Of a stretch of 58,168 nucleotides of DNA, positions 28,601 through 43,600 are shown in pieces. Within the stretch, counting starts at the first letter, position 1. Every line of letters begins with the position of its first letter. Below the pieces are notes generated by a model. It saw only the letters and a list, made by a program, of their open reading frames with translations. It did no database searches and was not told the DNA's origin. A program made the translations under genes and the position numbers. The DNA lies in contig NMRA01000522.1 in NCBI GenBank assembly GCA_002633005.1, positions 246,645 through 304,812 on the forward strand, read 5' to 3'. This DNA is from Phoronis australis (lineage: Eukaryota; Animalia; Phoronida).

Positions 28601-31600
28601 CCAATGCTCAATACACGTCACATATTACGAATAATCAAACAGTTTGTTGGACAGAGAGATGATGAAAAGCAGACGCAAAAATGATAAAAAGGCCACTAGA
28701 GGGTGCAGCTTAGGTCAAATCTGTCTGAAACTGGGAAGGTGTCATAGTCTCCATGATGCAGTAATCTTATTTGTCCAAAATTCATAACACCTATCAAGGA
28801 AATTTGCAAGCATCAAAACAAATGCAAAGAAATCCAGTAGCCAGAATTGTCCCAAAATCCAGTTATCAGATCCATCCAAGAGCCATCTGTTGTCAGATTC
28901 ATAGAAAATATCACAGGTATAAGGGGTTAAAGTTTGTGAAACTTGCCACTTAATTCCTTATCTCTGTCAAATTAGTTAGAAACAAAACATAGCAACGATG
29001 TGAATATGAAGTATACGGAAAATTGCCAAATCTTTTTAAGAATGAGTTTTGGGGTGAAAATGGTACGCTGCAAATCACTGAACCATGTTCGACAGGTATG
29101 ACGAGGTGCTGAGAAATAACACTGCATGATGTGGGCTAAGTGAGCCCACGAGGTACATCATTAGTGCAAAGGTCACACCTATTTGCAATTTTTTTTTGTT
29201 TTCACGTTTACAAATTGACAGTAAATACAACTGCACTTTGTTTAGCATAGATTATGATGAAATAGCTCTGTTGTTTAGTTCGTGCCATACATTAGCATAA
29301 TTAGGAGACTGCAAATACATCTTTGAAGTTCTCCGTCATTAAGAAAGTGACATTAGTGTACCACATATTTATCTTGCTTCACTGTACAGCCAAGCCACAA
29401 ACACATAAAAAAACAAAGTTGCCTAAAAGAGTTACCAAAACAGCAAGAACTCAAGTGTTGATTTTCAGAATGATCCTTCAAGTGGTATATCAGATAAAAA
29501 GATGGAAAACAAAAACAGACTAAAATCTGGTGAGTAACAAAATGGTGGTGGAGAATCTAAAATGAAAAGAAGTCATTGCCTCCTTAATAATAACCTATTT
29601 GCCCAATTTCATGCAAATCTGTACAGTCACAAAATTGGTAAAAAACAAAAATTAATACACAAGGGCACAGTGACCATCATCCGCTGTCAGCTTCATAAGA
29701 AAATTATATCAGTTCCTGTAAAATTTCATTATTAAGATTTTGCAAGGGGTTTTGGAGATATTGCACCCAACGCCAGATGCACAGACAGAGATGACGGCAG
29801 TATAAACCTAGTACATAGTATGCACATGTACGCACAGACAGATGGCGGCAGTATGGACCTACATAGTATGCACACATACGCACAGACAGAGATGACGTCA
29901 GCATGGACCTACATAGTATGCACACGTACGCACAGACAGAGATGACGGCAATGTGCACCTACATAGTATGCATAATATAGGTACAGAGATGACTGCAGCA
30001 TGCACCTATATAGTATGCACATGTGGCACAAAAAATCGTCTTGTCTGTGGAAATTATATACTACATCACTTTTGATATACTTTGTAATATGTCAATACTG
30101 CACCACAGTGACTTGAAAAACGCAAATCCTTTAAATTGTGTATACTTACCAGGAACGTGGCTACGGAATAGTGTAGTGTAATCTGAGAACTTGGGTTTTT
30201 TCCATGTGTGGGTAGCTAGCCTTTTGTTCTGTATAAGGCTTATGTCACCAGGACAGAAGTCAAGTGTTGGTGGAGTGGTGTCTATAAAATACAAAGCAGT
30301 AAGTCAAAAACAATATCAAAACTGCAACAAAAAACAGTCTTTTCGAGGACAGACACAAACTTCAACATAAAACACAGACTTGACAGTACTAACACAAGCC
30401 TCCTCAACTGACAGTAAAAAGGCATGAATGAAACACACTGGAATTTTGCACAAAGTTTTTCTGAAATCCTTTACAGTACAGAAATTTACTGCTTTCAAAT
30501 TACATTAACTTTCTATGATCAAACTCTTAAATTTCATTCCACACTTTGCTTTAATTATTCACGTGCTGGATCATGGAGAGTGACCAGCAACTATAAGGCT
30601 ATTAACAGTTTAAAACCATAATTAAAATGCCAACTTTATTCATGTACATTTTATTCATTTAGTTCTGTTTCAGGAGTCACATTATCCATAGAACATCTAT
30701 TCAAAAACTAACTGAAGACACATGAGCTTTCTCGAATAAGCAAATCGGCTCAAAAGAAGCATTAAGTACATTTGGTACTCTAGTCCTGTTAGCGTGCACT
30801 ATGAACTAAAAACTATAAAATACAAAACCTCAAATGTTGGGTGCAGCTCAATGTTCAATATAACTTATGTCAGCAACTAGATTTCGCATTTCTTAGAGTG
30901 TGTGACTGAGTATAATGATTTATAAAATGGCAGTTTTACAGGCTTGGCAAGAATTGATAGCATTTGTTATTTATCGAGCAAAATAAACTTTTAAAACAAA
31001 ATACACACCAAAGATAATAGAAATTAGAACTATTCTATTAAAGCACTGTTCTGCATGATTATTGTTTCATAACTGTAACAAATGCAAACCAATGTAGTCA
31101 CCCATTGGCTTTAAGATCAGGGCATTCCATATAAATGAGATTGAGTAGCCACACATTGGCTTTAAGATCAGGGCATTCCATATAAATGATATTCAGTAAC
31201 CACACATTGCATTAAGATCAGGGCATTCCATATAAATGATATTCAGTAGTCACACATTGCTATTAAGATCAGGGCATTCCATATAACCAATGCAACACTT
31301 CTTTCACAAAAAGTAATGAAGTACAGAATGAAAATTAACATTCAAGTAAAAGTGCCATACAGTGGCAACTTGAAAACTTGCAGCTGGAAGCCTTGAGATT
31401 ACTACTTTTAATTACTAACTGAACAAGTATCATTCACTAACTGCTTGGGTGTCATTTTTTTGGTTAAATTTCATTTACTCAAGAGTTGGAAACCTGTTGA
31501 CTTGATAGTTTCATGTTTGTGACTTAAATCATGTAGTCATGCATCTGAACAGGTCAAGAAAATGCAACACATGCATAGGGTGCAACTATCCAGTTTAGGG

Positions 31601-34600
31601 TTATCTAGGAACTAATGACATCAACTCTTAAGTCAAATATCAAAAAAGTATGCTTTGTCAACCATGAAAAGTATATATTTCCTGAAAGGAGAAAGACCGA
31701 CAACTTCACTTCTGCTTCACTGCGTCTTTATTATTGTCACATGACCACATTTTTAAGTCATATTTTCATGTGCAAAAAATGTACATTCATAGCAAAATAA
31801 CCCCCTAGCTAATTTTACAATATTTGTTTAATGAAAACTTTATGTTATGTCTCAAATATGTCGTTGGGATTAATGCAAATTCAAAACAATGTATTTGACA
31901 CGTAACTTGACGTTTTCATTTAAAAAAGGTTTAATTTAGTAAAATTGGCTGGGGGCTCTTTTGTTATTTGACTTAAAAAAGTTGTCAAGTGACAGTAATA
32001 GAGATACAGTAGTAAAAAGCATTTAGAATCCTCGATCTTTCTCCTTTCAGAAAATATATACTTTTAAAGGCTGACAAAGCATAGTAATTTCAACATTTGA
32101 CTCAGAGTTGAGGTTGTTTATTAAGGCCTTAGATAACCTTAAGCTGTAAAAAGCTTGTTATTAAAAATTAGAGTATCTAAAATATACAAGCATCACTGAA
32201 GCCAGTATTATTGTAGGGAAATAAACTGTGAAACATTTCAAAACAAAAATAAGAAGCTATTGATATCTATATATACTTACCACGAAAGCCTGTTAAATAT
32301 CAAGTTTGCACAATCATAAAACATACACAGCAACAAATGGGATTGTGTAACAAGCCTTTAGTTTACAAGACAACAAACGAAATTTTTTATCATAATTATT
32401 ACACAAGCTATTCTGAAAACAACACTGTCTTTTTACACCTGGTCGACTAACAAGAGAAGGTTTCTGGCAAATTCCCTTCCAAATTATTCAAAATCCAGAC
32501 AAAAGCAAACCGCTTATGTGGAAAACCACCTATGGTAGGGCTACATAATCACTAGTTTCTTAATGAAAATAATAAAATAACTAAAAATTCAAAGTGGTAG
32601 TGATAACAGAACTTGAGGTTCACACTGTCTTACCTGGAGCTAACTTGTCGCACGCTGGTGGGTTGATGTATGCCAAGTTGTCACAGAGAGGACCAAACAC
32701 ATTACTAGTGGGTGTACGAGTACATCCAGGCCCAGGACGCAGACCCAGCCACCCACTGATGATGTTGTTAAGAGCAGTACGGTTTTTGGGATAGTTTTTT
32801 AAGAACACGACATCAGGTTGAAATGATAACACCTTGTTCCAGACATTAAAGTTACTCAGATATCCTTGGAAACTTGATCCTTTAATTATATCACCACGTC
32901 GTCCAAGAGCAGCACCAAACAGTGTCAAGCCCCTGTATAGTTTCAATAAAATAAAACAAAATAATGACAACTAGATAGACAGAAGTAACACAGAGCATTG
33001 ATATGCACCAACAACATGCATCGCAAAATGTAAAGAAATAGGTGTTCATTTTTATAAGCATTTCTAGGGAAGTCAGACGCATTCTGAAAATCAACATTAT
33101 TTGCACAGGCTCTCTTAATTAGAGCACAAGCGTAAGTAATTGACAAAATACTGTTTTCGCATCATCACCACTAAATCTGTCAACAGAAAAAATTACCCAT
33201 AATAACAATTACGGAAGAAAAATTATAACAAACTGCAGTGAGAGAAAACCATTTCATAAACTGTGTAATATTTCCCAACTCTATGCATTGCAAAACAAAT
33301 TGACGACTCCCTGGTTCCCAGTAAAATGAGTAGTACACATACTTCCGAACAGTTGTGATACCCTGCAGGTAATGAATAATAAATACATGAAAAGGATTTG
33401 ACCAAACTAACTGATGTAATCATCATAACTGATAAGAAATCTGAGCAGTGGATCGATGAGGTCAAAGGCTTCACTAAAATCTAAGAGATAGACAAGACAT
33501 CAACTACTGTGAGCCAAGTATTCATTTCATCTAGCAAGGAATGCATGCAGGTACTGTTTGGTATCTCCAAACTGATTAATTGACACAAGCTCTAATAATC
33601 ATTGTTTTAACTCGTAATTGTTCAAATAAAATCTTAGTCACCATTTTGGCAAAGTCCATGATTTCGCCAGACTTGTTGTTGAGATCTTGACAGCGTCCAC
33701 ATAAAGTACAAATGACTTTCCGGCCAAGTCCCAGGTAAAAGTGATTACATGCCATTTTCCATCATTAATTTTGGCACTACTACTGAATGGAATTTCAGCT
33801 GCTACAGTTGGTGCATTGATGCGAATTTTTGTATCATCCACAGTAAGGAATGGAGTCCAGCCGGATTCTGTGGGCCGCTTATTCTCTCTAAACAAATAAA
33901 CAGGCAGACAAAGTGACTTAAACAGGAAATATTCTAACAGCAAAAATCTTTAATGTGAATAACAATTTTTGGCAGAAAAGAATTACAAGCCAGTATTCAG
34001 ATGAAACCATACAAACATACATTATACACTCTGCAAATTTGGAGGAAAAGTTTATATACCATGAAATGCGGCAAGTAACTTAGAAAGAAAAGTAAGAAAA
34101 ACAAACAGGGACATGATAGTGCTCATGGACAGATGGAATATTATAAAAATGTCCTTTACATGTAAAACTGTAATAAAAGTAGAAATGAAAAAAATAAACA
34201 ACAGAGGAATGAATCAGAATGGTTCCAGCAAATCCCCAAGTTGTTTTGGGGTGTGAAAATAGCATAGCACAGTACTCAGCACTTACTTTGATTCCATAAG
34301 ACTCAGGATGTTACCAGTTCCATCTTTCTTAGAAAAACGGAGAACAAATGAGCAAGACAGAAGTCCAGACGTTCCAAACAAGAATGGTCGATTTTGCCTA
34401 GTGTAAGATGTCTTGTCAATCGAATTGAAGACCAAAGTGAAGTCTGTGTCAGGGACTGAAACGAGTATTAGTATTGGTATTGAAATGTACAAACTGTAAG
34501 TTTACATGAGACTGTACGAATGCCAACAAAGACAAAAAAATCAAATAATGACAAAGTTGATATGACCAGATATGTGCTAAAAGCAATCGCATTCTACGTC

Positions 34601-37600
34601 ACCCTTCTGTATAAAGCATCATTCTTGTAGAATCCTATGCTTCACGTTAAATTAAAACAAGGCGATAACAGCTAATAGAAAGTCTCCGAAATGACCAGTG
34701 AGCATAAAGTCAGAATCACTGGCCAGTCCAGCAATGTTTGCAATTGACCACTTTGCAGAACATTATTCACTAGCACATCCAAGAGTAGAGATTTACTGGC
34801 AAATGTGTCTTCAAATTGGGAAGCATCCCATATGTGTTCATGTACGACAATTTAAGCTTGATGTCTCCCTAACTTCTTAACTAACAAGCACACACACTTG
34901 TACACTTAACTCACACACTTGTACACTTAACTCACACACTTGTACACTTAACTCACACACTTGTACAATTAACTCACACACTTGAACACTTAACTCACAC
35001 ACTTTTACACTTAACTCACACACTTGTACAATTAACTCACACACTTGTACACTTAACTCACACACTTGTACAATTAACTCACACACTTGTACACTTAACT
35101 CACACACTTGTACAATTAACTCACACACTTGTACAATTAACTCACACACTTGTACACTTAACTCACACACTTGTACACTTAACTAGCACACTTGTATATT
35201 TAACTAGCAAACTTGTATACTTAACTAGCACACTGAAACACTTAAATCACACACTTATAAATGCAATATGGTATACAACACACAAGCAATATCATCTACA
35301 ATGATATCCCATGTACACAAATATGTAGTACTTGTGACTAAGAGGAAAATTCACAAAACTCATTGTGCACGTGTGTAAAGTTCACTTTGACCATGTGGTA
35401 GCATACTACATGGGCAAACTGTGATTACCTTTATCACAATTAGGTCCTTCATAGTTAGTCTTGCAGAAGCAAAGAGGTCCATCAATCAAATTGTAACACA
35501 CAGAGCGATTTTGACTCTGTCCTGGACATGGTGAACTCTTGCAGTAGTCTATCAATTGGTCACAAAACTGGCCCTCATAACCTGCAAAATATCAGAACAG
35601 TCATACAATTACATTTTAGGTCCATTACACGTGTCCCATAATGAACAAAGACCAGTCCTCAGCAAAGCTATTCCAAAGAAATGGGTTGGCAAAACTGTGT
35701 TGACGGTTACACTACAAATGGCATGCTTATAGAGTGAGATAATGTATGAACACCAGATGGTGCAAAATACGCCAATCCCGTATGATAACAGCAAAGTACT
35801 GTCTCTCAAAAACACACTGTAAAATTTCAGGAAAATCTGTAAAGAAACTCTTGACATACTGAGGTGGGTGTAAAAATTGACACTAAGAGGTACAGCGGTA
35901 TTGAATTCATCCGAAAGAAATTTGCTAGGAATACATTTAACAAATTTTACGAAGATCCTACAAAGGATTTAAGAGATACAGACACAGATGCAAAAACAAC
36001 CACTAGAAGAAACTACACGTATCAGACCCACACAAAATCAATGTCAGTCATGCTCTTGTCAGTATGATCACATCTGCCGATTTTCATAATAAGCCTTTGA
36101 GTAGTTCATATTTGCCACAATTAGGCACATAGATCCTTCAGATCCTCATCCATTTCATAGAAGTACAATTGCTAAATTTAACAAAGTTCTCGCAAGGGAT
36201 CATAACAAACAGTCGCGAACGCAAAAAAAATGCCACTAGGAGGTGCCACAGTAGTCGAAACTGTGAGAAAATCAGTAAGTCATCCTCTTCTCAGTAGGAA
36301 GGCACACACCAATTTTCCTAATCATCCTCAGAGTAGTTTGGCTGGTAGGGAGGTGGATGGAAAAAACAAAATCAAAAACAGTAACCATGGCCATAACATG
36401 TCAAATCAATCCAAACAAGAGATGGCGTTGCCATCTCCTTAATAGATACATAATTTACTAAATTTCAAGAAAATCTGCTAACAAACTTTGAAGATACAGC
36501 AGCCACGGAAATAATTCTATCATGTTGACACTGTAACCAGCCGAGATTGGGCAACTAGATCAGTTTGCACACCACAGAATGTGCCGGTTTAGATTGAAAA
36601 CACCATGTTTTTGTAGTTGTTAATTAAATCACCTCAGGCTGCTGATGTTATCGTTCTCTAGATAATGAGACAAATCAATAAAGACAATGAGGGCGACAAC
36701 AGTATTTTTGGATTTTCGTTTTGAAAGTTTTTAGATATATAATAGTTCATGAAAAGCACTTGTGATTAGGTTTTTGAATTTTGAAAATGTGACTTTTACA
36801 AGCTATAACGTTTATTTAATGTAATTTGCAATACCAGGTTCCTTATTAATTCTGCTGGGTGTGCAGCATAATTGGGCCAATTACCAAACCACAAGGCAGA
36901 AAAGTTGGATTTTGAAGTAATTCAAGTCTCATTGTACAATTCTTGGCATGGCAATGTAAAACATGAAACTACACAACCTAGGAAAACACGTTTAAATTTC
37001 ACATTTTTGCCTAGTCTACAGGCTGCTGTAACAGAAAAACTACTTCAGTTTCCATCCATATTTTTGCACATTTGTAGTCGGCAAATGCCAAAATACAAAT
37101 AAGTAAACACAAAATTGAACAATAATTTAGATTAGTCTAATTGAACAATAATTTAGAACTAAGTCAAACACAATTAAACGTTATGTGATAGTGACAACTG
37201 GCACATACCTTTCGGACATTTGCATATATAATGAGGTGCTACATTAAGACGATCGCACTCAAGGTTACGCAGTTTACAACCTCTGCAGTAATCTATTTCT
37301 GTCTCACAGTTGTCGCCAGTGTAGCCTGTGAACATATTAAATGAAAATGTGACTTAATTTATGAATACTTGTAACCAGTGTCCTGTATCTAAAATTACAC
37401 TTACAGGAGACACTGTGTGTATTCACACATTACATATTCCTGGCCTTTGAGCCAGCACATATCCATCATCAGTACTCAACATAAAATAACTAGACAGAGA
37501 TGTATGGCCCTAAACCTACCTTGATCACATGTACAATGAGTCATTTCATCTTTTTCACTGCATCTGCCATGTACACACGGTCTGGTGTTAGCACAAACAC

Positions 37601-40600
37601 TGATCTTTTCTCCACAAAGCTTTCCATCAGTACCTGGGCGACACCTTTGTGGATATTAATATCAATTAATTAATATACAAAACCAAAATGTTTTATCATG
37701 AAGTAACACATGCCACAAATGTAGCTTGTATATAGGTCAGTTTTAACACACAATTCAGAAACTTTTGGATAATCAACAAAGTCACAGTCAACTGCTGTAG
37801 CACCTATCACAAATAATTGTACCATATCTCCATATACCAATAACAGAGCTTATTCAGGACCAAGGAGTCTTTTAGGTAAACATTCACTGCCCCAGACCCA
37901 TATTGAACACTTCACCACAATTGCCTACAGTCATAGCTATTGCATGCCAGTGACATAAGTGAGATGTACCCAGACAAATGATCCAGAAGAAATGGCACGT
38001 GTCAATAGTGATCAATACCTATACACCAGTATGTGTGACACCTACTGGTCTTTGTTAGAACTAGTCTTCCACAAACGGTGATGCGTACACCAGTATGTGA
38101 GACACCTACAGGTCACAGTTAGAATTAGCCTTCCAGACACAGACCAAGATAGAAAAAGTTTTCAACTTTCAAAATACAGAGGTTGCAGTATAAGGTCTGT
38201 GACAATGGGTGACACAGATCAGAAATGATGCTTTCAATACCATTCAACACCGTTCAATACCATAAACAAGGAACATGCTGAATAACTTATGAAAAACAGT
38301 TACTTCATTCAATAACTGGCTGATAACTAGAGGCAGTAAAATCATGGGATTCCTTGTGAGCTGTGCTGATTCTAAGTTTTCAGTATTTCTCTTTAATGCA
38401 AGGTACTTACTGGCACTTGAATTCAGAGCCAAACAGTGGCGTACACGTTCCATTGTTTTGACAAGGATTGGTTTGACAAGCTGTTGCATTCTCAAGTTCA
38501 CACCTTTTACCTGAGTAGGACATAAAACACAAAGTACACATCTGACACAACATTGTGGCCAATTATGTCCATCAAGAAGTTAGAAATATTTTGTTTAATC
38601 TTAGAAATGGAAGTTACATGAACTCAGTACATACAAAACCTAGTATCTCTGCTTATACTCAAAACACAAACCTGTCCAGCCTTGTTTACAATGGCAGTAA
38701 AAGTCATTCACCAAATCTTCACATTGCGACTGATGGCGACAAGGACCAGCAAGACACTCATTTATTTCATGCTGTAAATAGATCAAACATTAACATAGGT
38801 CAGTCCAGTTGTAACTTTGAATCACTCACACATTAGCATATCAATCGAGTTTCCAAAAAACACTTTGAACTCAGACTCATATTCCCCAGAGACATTTCAT
38901 TTTTAATTCACTAAGATTAAACGCAAACTTCCTCATTAGAATTTAAGTTGCATGCAAGACATCACCTGGCATTTATCACCAAAAAATCCGCCATCACACT
39001 TGCACATGAAGTCATCGACCAGGTCCACACACAAACCACGTCCACTGCAGTTATGACGTGCACAGTCGTCAATGTTGTGATTACAGGTAGTCCCTGAAAT
39101 TATTTGGATATGATACATTATTTTATTGACTTTCACTAAGGTCAACCTCATGGTGATAATGACTTCGGCTTAGCATGAGTCATTAAAACATTTTTGTATT
39201 CTGAAAAAGTAGCACACTGATAATTGTTTATTAATGATGACACCTGCTAGTAAATAATACCAGGAAGAAGGCTGTTTTTGGGCTGTCCATCAAATATCAC
39301 TAAGTCAGTCAGTCGAGTACAGTGGCTTGACCACCGTGGCTTGACCACCGTGGCTTGACCACAGTGGCTTGACCACAGTGGCTTGACCACAGTGGCTTGA
39401 CCACAGTGGCTTGACCACAGTGGCTTGACCACAGTGGCTTGACCACAGTGGCTTGACCACAGTGGCTTGACCACAGTGGCTTGACCACAGTGGCTTGACC
39501 ACAGCAGCGATCAATATAAATGAAGGATCAAAGTGATCACATTTTCAAAGCTCATTCACAGACAAGATACCAGCACATCCTAACATTGCAACTGCTATAA
39601 GGTGCTGAGTCCTCAATAACAGTAAAAATAAGAATAAACTTAAAGTTGTTATTCTTACAACAAAAAACAACTTTTGCACAACTGCACAGCTATGACAAAT
39701 ATTAGACAACTATGACAAAGAATGAATAACTTAGACAACACTTTGAATGCTATGCAAAACTAAAGCATAATGCAAGGAATACTTTGCTACTTCTCAATTT
39801 CCTTACCATTCCAGCCTCTTGAACACTGACACTTATGACCCATAGTTCCAGGCAAGTCGACACATGTAGCTTCATTCTGGCAGTCATTGTTCTTCTTACA
39901 GTCATCAATATCATGTTGGCAACGTGCTCCAGCGTAACCCGGGTTACAGGTACATTTGTAAGTAAAGGTGTCATTATGACAGGTGCCGTTGACACATGGG
40001 TTTGATGCACAGTAGTCAGTGTCTGAGTCGTCATAGCTATCGGGTGTTTTGGCAACTGAAACAGCACATGTATGACTCATCCATCAAATTCAAGCACACT
40101 ACTAACAGTAAAGTAAACACACTGAATACACTGAATCATGTTATTATTAGTCTCCAACAAATATTCTGTAGCTCTGCAACTAACTTAATATATTCCACCA
40201 GTACAGAACCTTCAACAAGGACAGATACATTAGATGGAGACACATACCTGGATGGAGATCAGTGAATTCTAACCACTTTCAGAAACAATAATTAGCTAAA
40301 TTTTCTTTTTCTAAATTTCAGAGGCTTCTAACATCGTTGGGAACTGTCTTGATACTAGTAGTTATAACAACTTTGTTATGTTTTAAGAAAAATAACTTGA
40401 CCCATGTTGATCATAGTGTGGCCTTAGTTGGTGAGACCTCATCATACTTACCCTTCATGTAACTATAAGTCACATTATCCACAGGTGTTTTGCCAGTACA
40501 CATGCTCTGCTTAGTCAGTGAACACTCAGCAGTCAAAAACTTATAGAAGAACCCCTTGCAGTCAACATCTGCCCAACAATCGCCAGCACATGCAGCAAGT

Positions 40601-43600
40601 GATTTGACACTGTAGCTGAATGACTGCTGGGCACATGCTTGTAAACCTGGGTGTCGGTTAAACAGTCCCACGGCTAAAACAAAATAAGAATGAAAATAGC
40701 AACATTAAACTTAATAAATGGCTATGTAGTTGAGTGACTGCTGACTCTCTAGTCATTTCCACATTACAAGATCCAAACTAAGACAATACTGATTGGACAA
40801 GCAATGATAACATTTGTGTAATTAAAACAAATACTTGCTGAGCAATAAATCTGATGTTCAACACACCCCACATACATTAAGGGATAAGATATAATAAATT
40901 TATGAATTAATTTAGCAATACAAATATGTAGATAAAAATGCCAATGTATAATATAAAATCCGTCGACAAATTAGAACTGGAAAGTGGCTCAAGAGATGAT
41001 AATTAGAATCAGACCAGTTTGAAAGATTGACATGAAATTATAATCTTATGCTTCAATTTATGTAGAATTAAAAAGTAGTTAGATCAAATAAAGAACAAAG
41101 TGTACCTGATTTCAGGTAAGTGCGTAAAGCAGAACCAGCTGTAGGAGTACACCGTGACAGCACACGACACTGATATGTTCCCTGGTCATAGGAAATACCA
41201 ATACATGTTTTATCATAGTCACAAGCCTCCAAGCAGTCACCCAGTGAATGAGATCCGTCAAGCACCTTCCCAGATGGACTGCAGTCTTTCCCTGTCCTGA
41301 TATAATTCTCAGGATGAAGATCTGAAAAAATATAAAAATACATACAGCCGAAGCAAGCCAATGGTCATGTGACAGAACAATGCACATCAACCATCCCTAT
41401 CACCTTACAAAAAGGAAATAGAAAATATTTCTCAACCACCATTGCGTGTGAGGGACACGGGTAATTTCTCAACAAAACCCAATCAACCAAATGAAAATGG
41501 CGATGTATATACTGACGCTGGTCAACACATTTCACAAAAATTACTGACTGACGATTAAGATGCCATCTTCATGTTTTTATTTGAAAGTGGCACAGATGAT
41601 GTGAATTCTGACATGATGATTTGCCTCCACCTAGTCTTTTCTGACAGCCCAGTTTTTGAAAATGCGTTTTATGATTCCATACTCCCTCAAAATAAAAAAT
41701 GAACTAGTTCAGGTGAGTGTCTTAACATTTTCTGCGGTAATTAATTGATAAATTTTTTTCATAATGGTCGAAAAGGTACAAGGGCTTCGGAGTGTCAAGC
41801 TCAGTTCACAGATTACCACAGTCAATTGACATAGTGTCAAAGAACACCACAGTCAATTGACATAGTGTCAAAGAACACCACAGTCAATTGACATAGTGTC
41901 AAAGAACACCACAGTCAATTGACATAGTGTCAAAGAACACCACAGTCAATTGACATAGTGTCAAAGATCACCACAGTCAATTGACATAGTGTCAAAGATC
42001 ACCACAGTCAATTGACATAGTGTCAAAGAACACCACAGTCAATTGACATAGTGTCAAAGAACACCACAGTCAATTGACATAGTGTCAAAGAACACCACAG
42101 TCAATTGACATAGTGTCAAAGAACACCACAGTCAATTGACATAGTGACAAAGAACACCACAGTCAATTGACATAGTGTCAAAGAACACCACAGTCAATTG
42201 ACATAGTGTCACAGAACACCACAGTCAATTGACATAGTGTCAAAGAACACCACAGTCAATTGACATAGTGTCACAGAACACCACAGTCAATTGAAATAGT
42301 GTCAAAGAACACCACAGTCAATTGACATAGTGTCACAGAACACCACAGTCAATTGAAATAGTGTCAAAGAACACCACAGTCAATTGACATAGTGTCAAAG
42401 CCACTTACTTTTTTATCCGTTCAAACTCAACTTTGCAAGCAAAATGTCAATGAATTTTGTTGCACATACCAGTAGTGTGTCATGCCTATGCTTAACAGTT
42501 CTCAGGTTAGGACATAAATGTAGCCGACAAGTGAAATTCCATTTTGTAAATTTCTTAACACAAGATCATTGCAAAGAGTTGATATGGGCCCACAGTGTAC
42601 CACAAACAGTACATTTATAGGGGTGCTTATCAGTTTCATGTAAGGTACAAGGCCACAATAATGGGACCACAAGGTGTAGCTGCAACAGTTTGAACTGACA
42701 AAAAAAGATGTTGATACCCCACATTTAAAACTAAAAGTTTTCAGCATTTGAAACAAACAAATAAAACAGGCCACAACGGGAAACATCTCTAGGCATCCAA
42801 AACTTAGCAGGTACGGTATACTTCTTCTCAAAAAGAACATTATCCTGAGATTTCATAAGACACAAAGTTACATGTAAGCATCACAGCTCTTGTTGGAATT
42901 GCCTCAAAATTGGCAGCTGCCATCATTTCCAAAATGAAGCGACCTGTAGAAGGTGGTGTAGTAGTTCAATCACTCAAGAAAATTGACTTGTACAAGCACA
43001 TCAACTGGTTTAATAAAAATAATCTGGAAATGCTCTTCTTCCCAAAAGTACTGAAAACTCTTGTCAAGAACAAAACGGCCACTAGGTGATGCTGTAGTGG
43101 TTGAATCCACCCGGAAATCGACTGGTGCTGCTTCAGTTTCATCAGATACTCCAGCGTCAAGTTTCATTGACATTGCTCAATTGGTGCTCTACATATTATC
43201 TGGAAATGTTTTCCACCCAAAACACTGAAAAGCCCGTCTGGCCCTGGAGGACATGGAAAGTTGAGAAATACCAGTGATGCCAAACACATTTGTGCCAAAT
43301 TCATCAAGATCGGATCAGGAATTTATGAGATAATAAACGGGCACTAGGAAAAGATGATGACATTGTGCAACCACATAAATGTGGATGCAAAAAAATTACT
43401 TTTAAGAAGATTTTTTTGTTAAAGTGCTTTAATTTGAATGTACTTTCATGAGAAAGAATACATTCAGGAGATGCAGAGACTGAAATATCTTACCTAGTAC
43501 AGGACTACTGCACAAGTACTTGTAGTCGTTGTTACAAGTTACATTCAACCATCCAGAGGGTGTCCAGACTACACATTGTAAAGATGAACTATTGAACTCA

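Noticed and set aside
34877-35170. Repetitive ORF (VQVCELS)n, and similar ORFs at 39247-39514, 43736-43972, 46644-47128 and 52954-53337
   Set aside because: These are stop-free translations of minisatellites. The neighbouring exons join in phase without them.
41815-42400. 31-bp palindromic repeats as CRISPR, or TTGACA as bacterial -35 boxes
   Set aside because: No spacers; this is an intronic minisatellite in a spliced gene.
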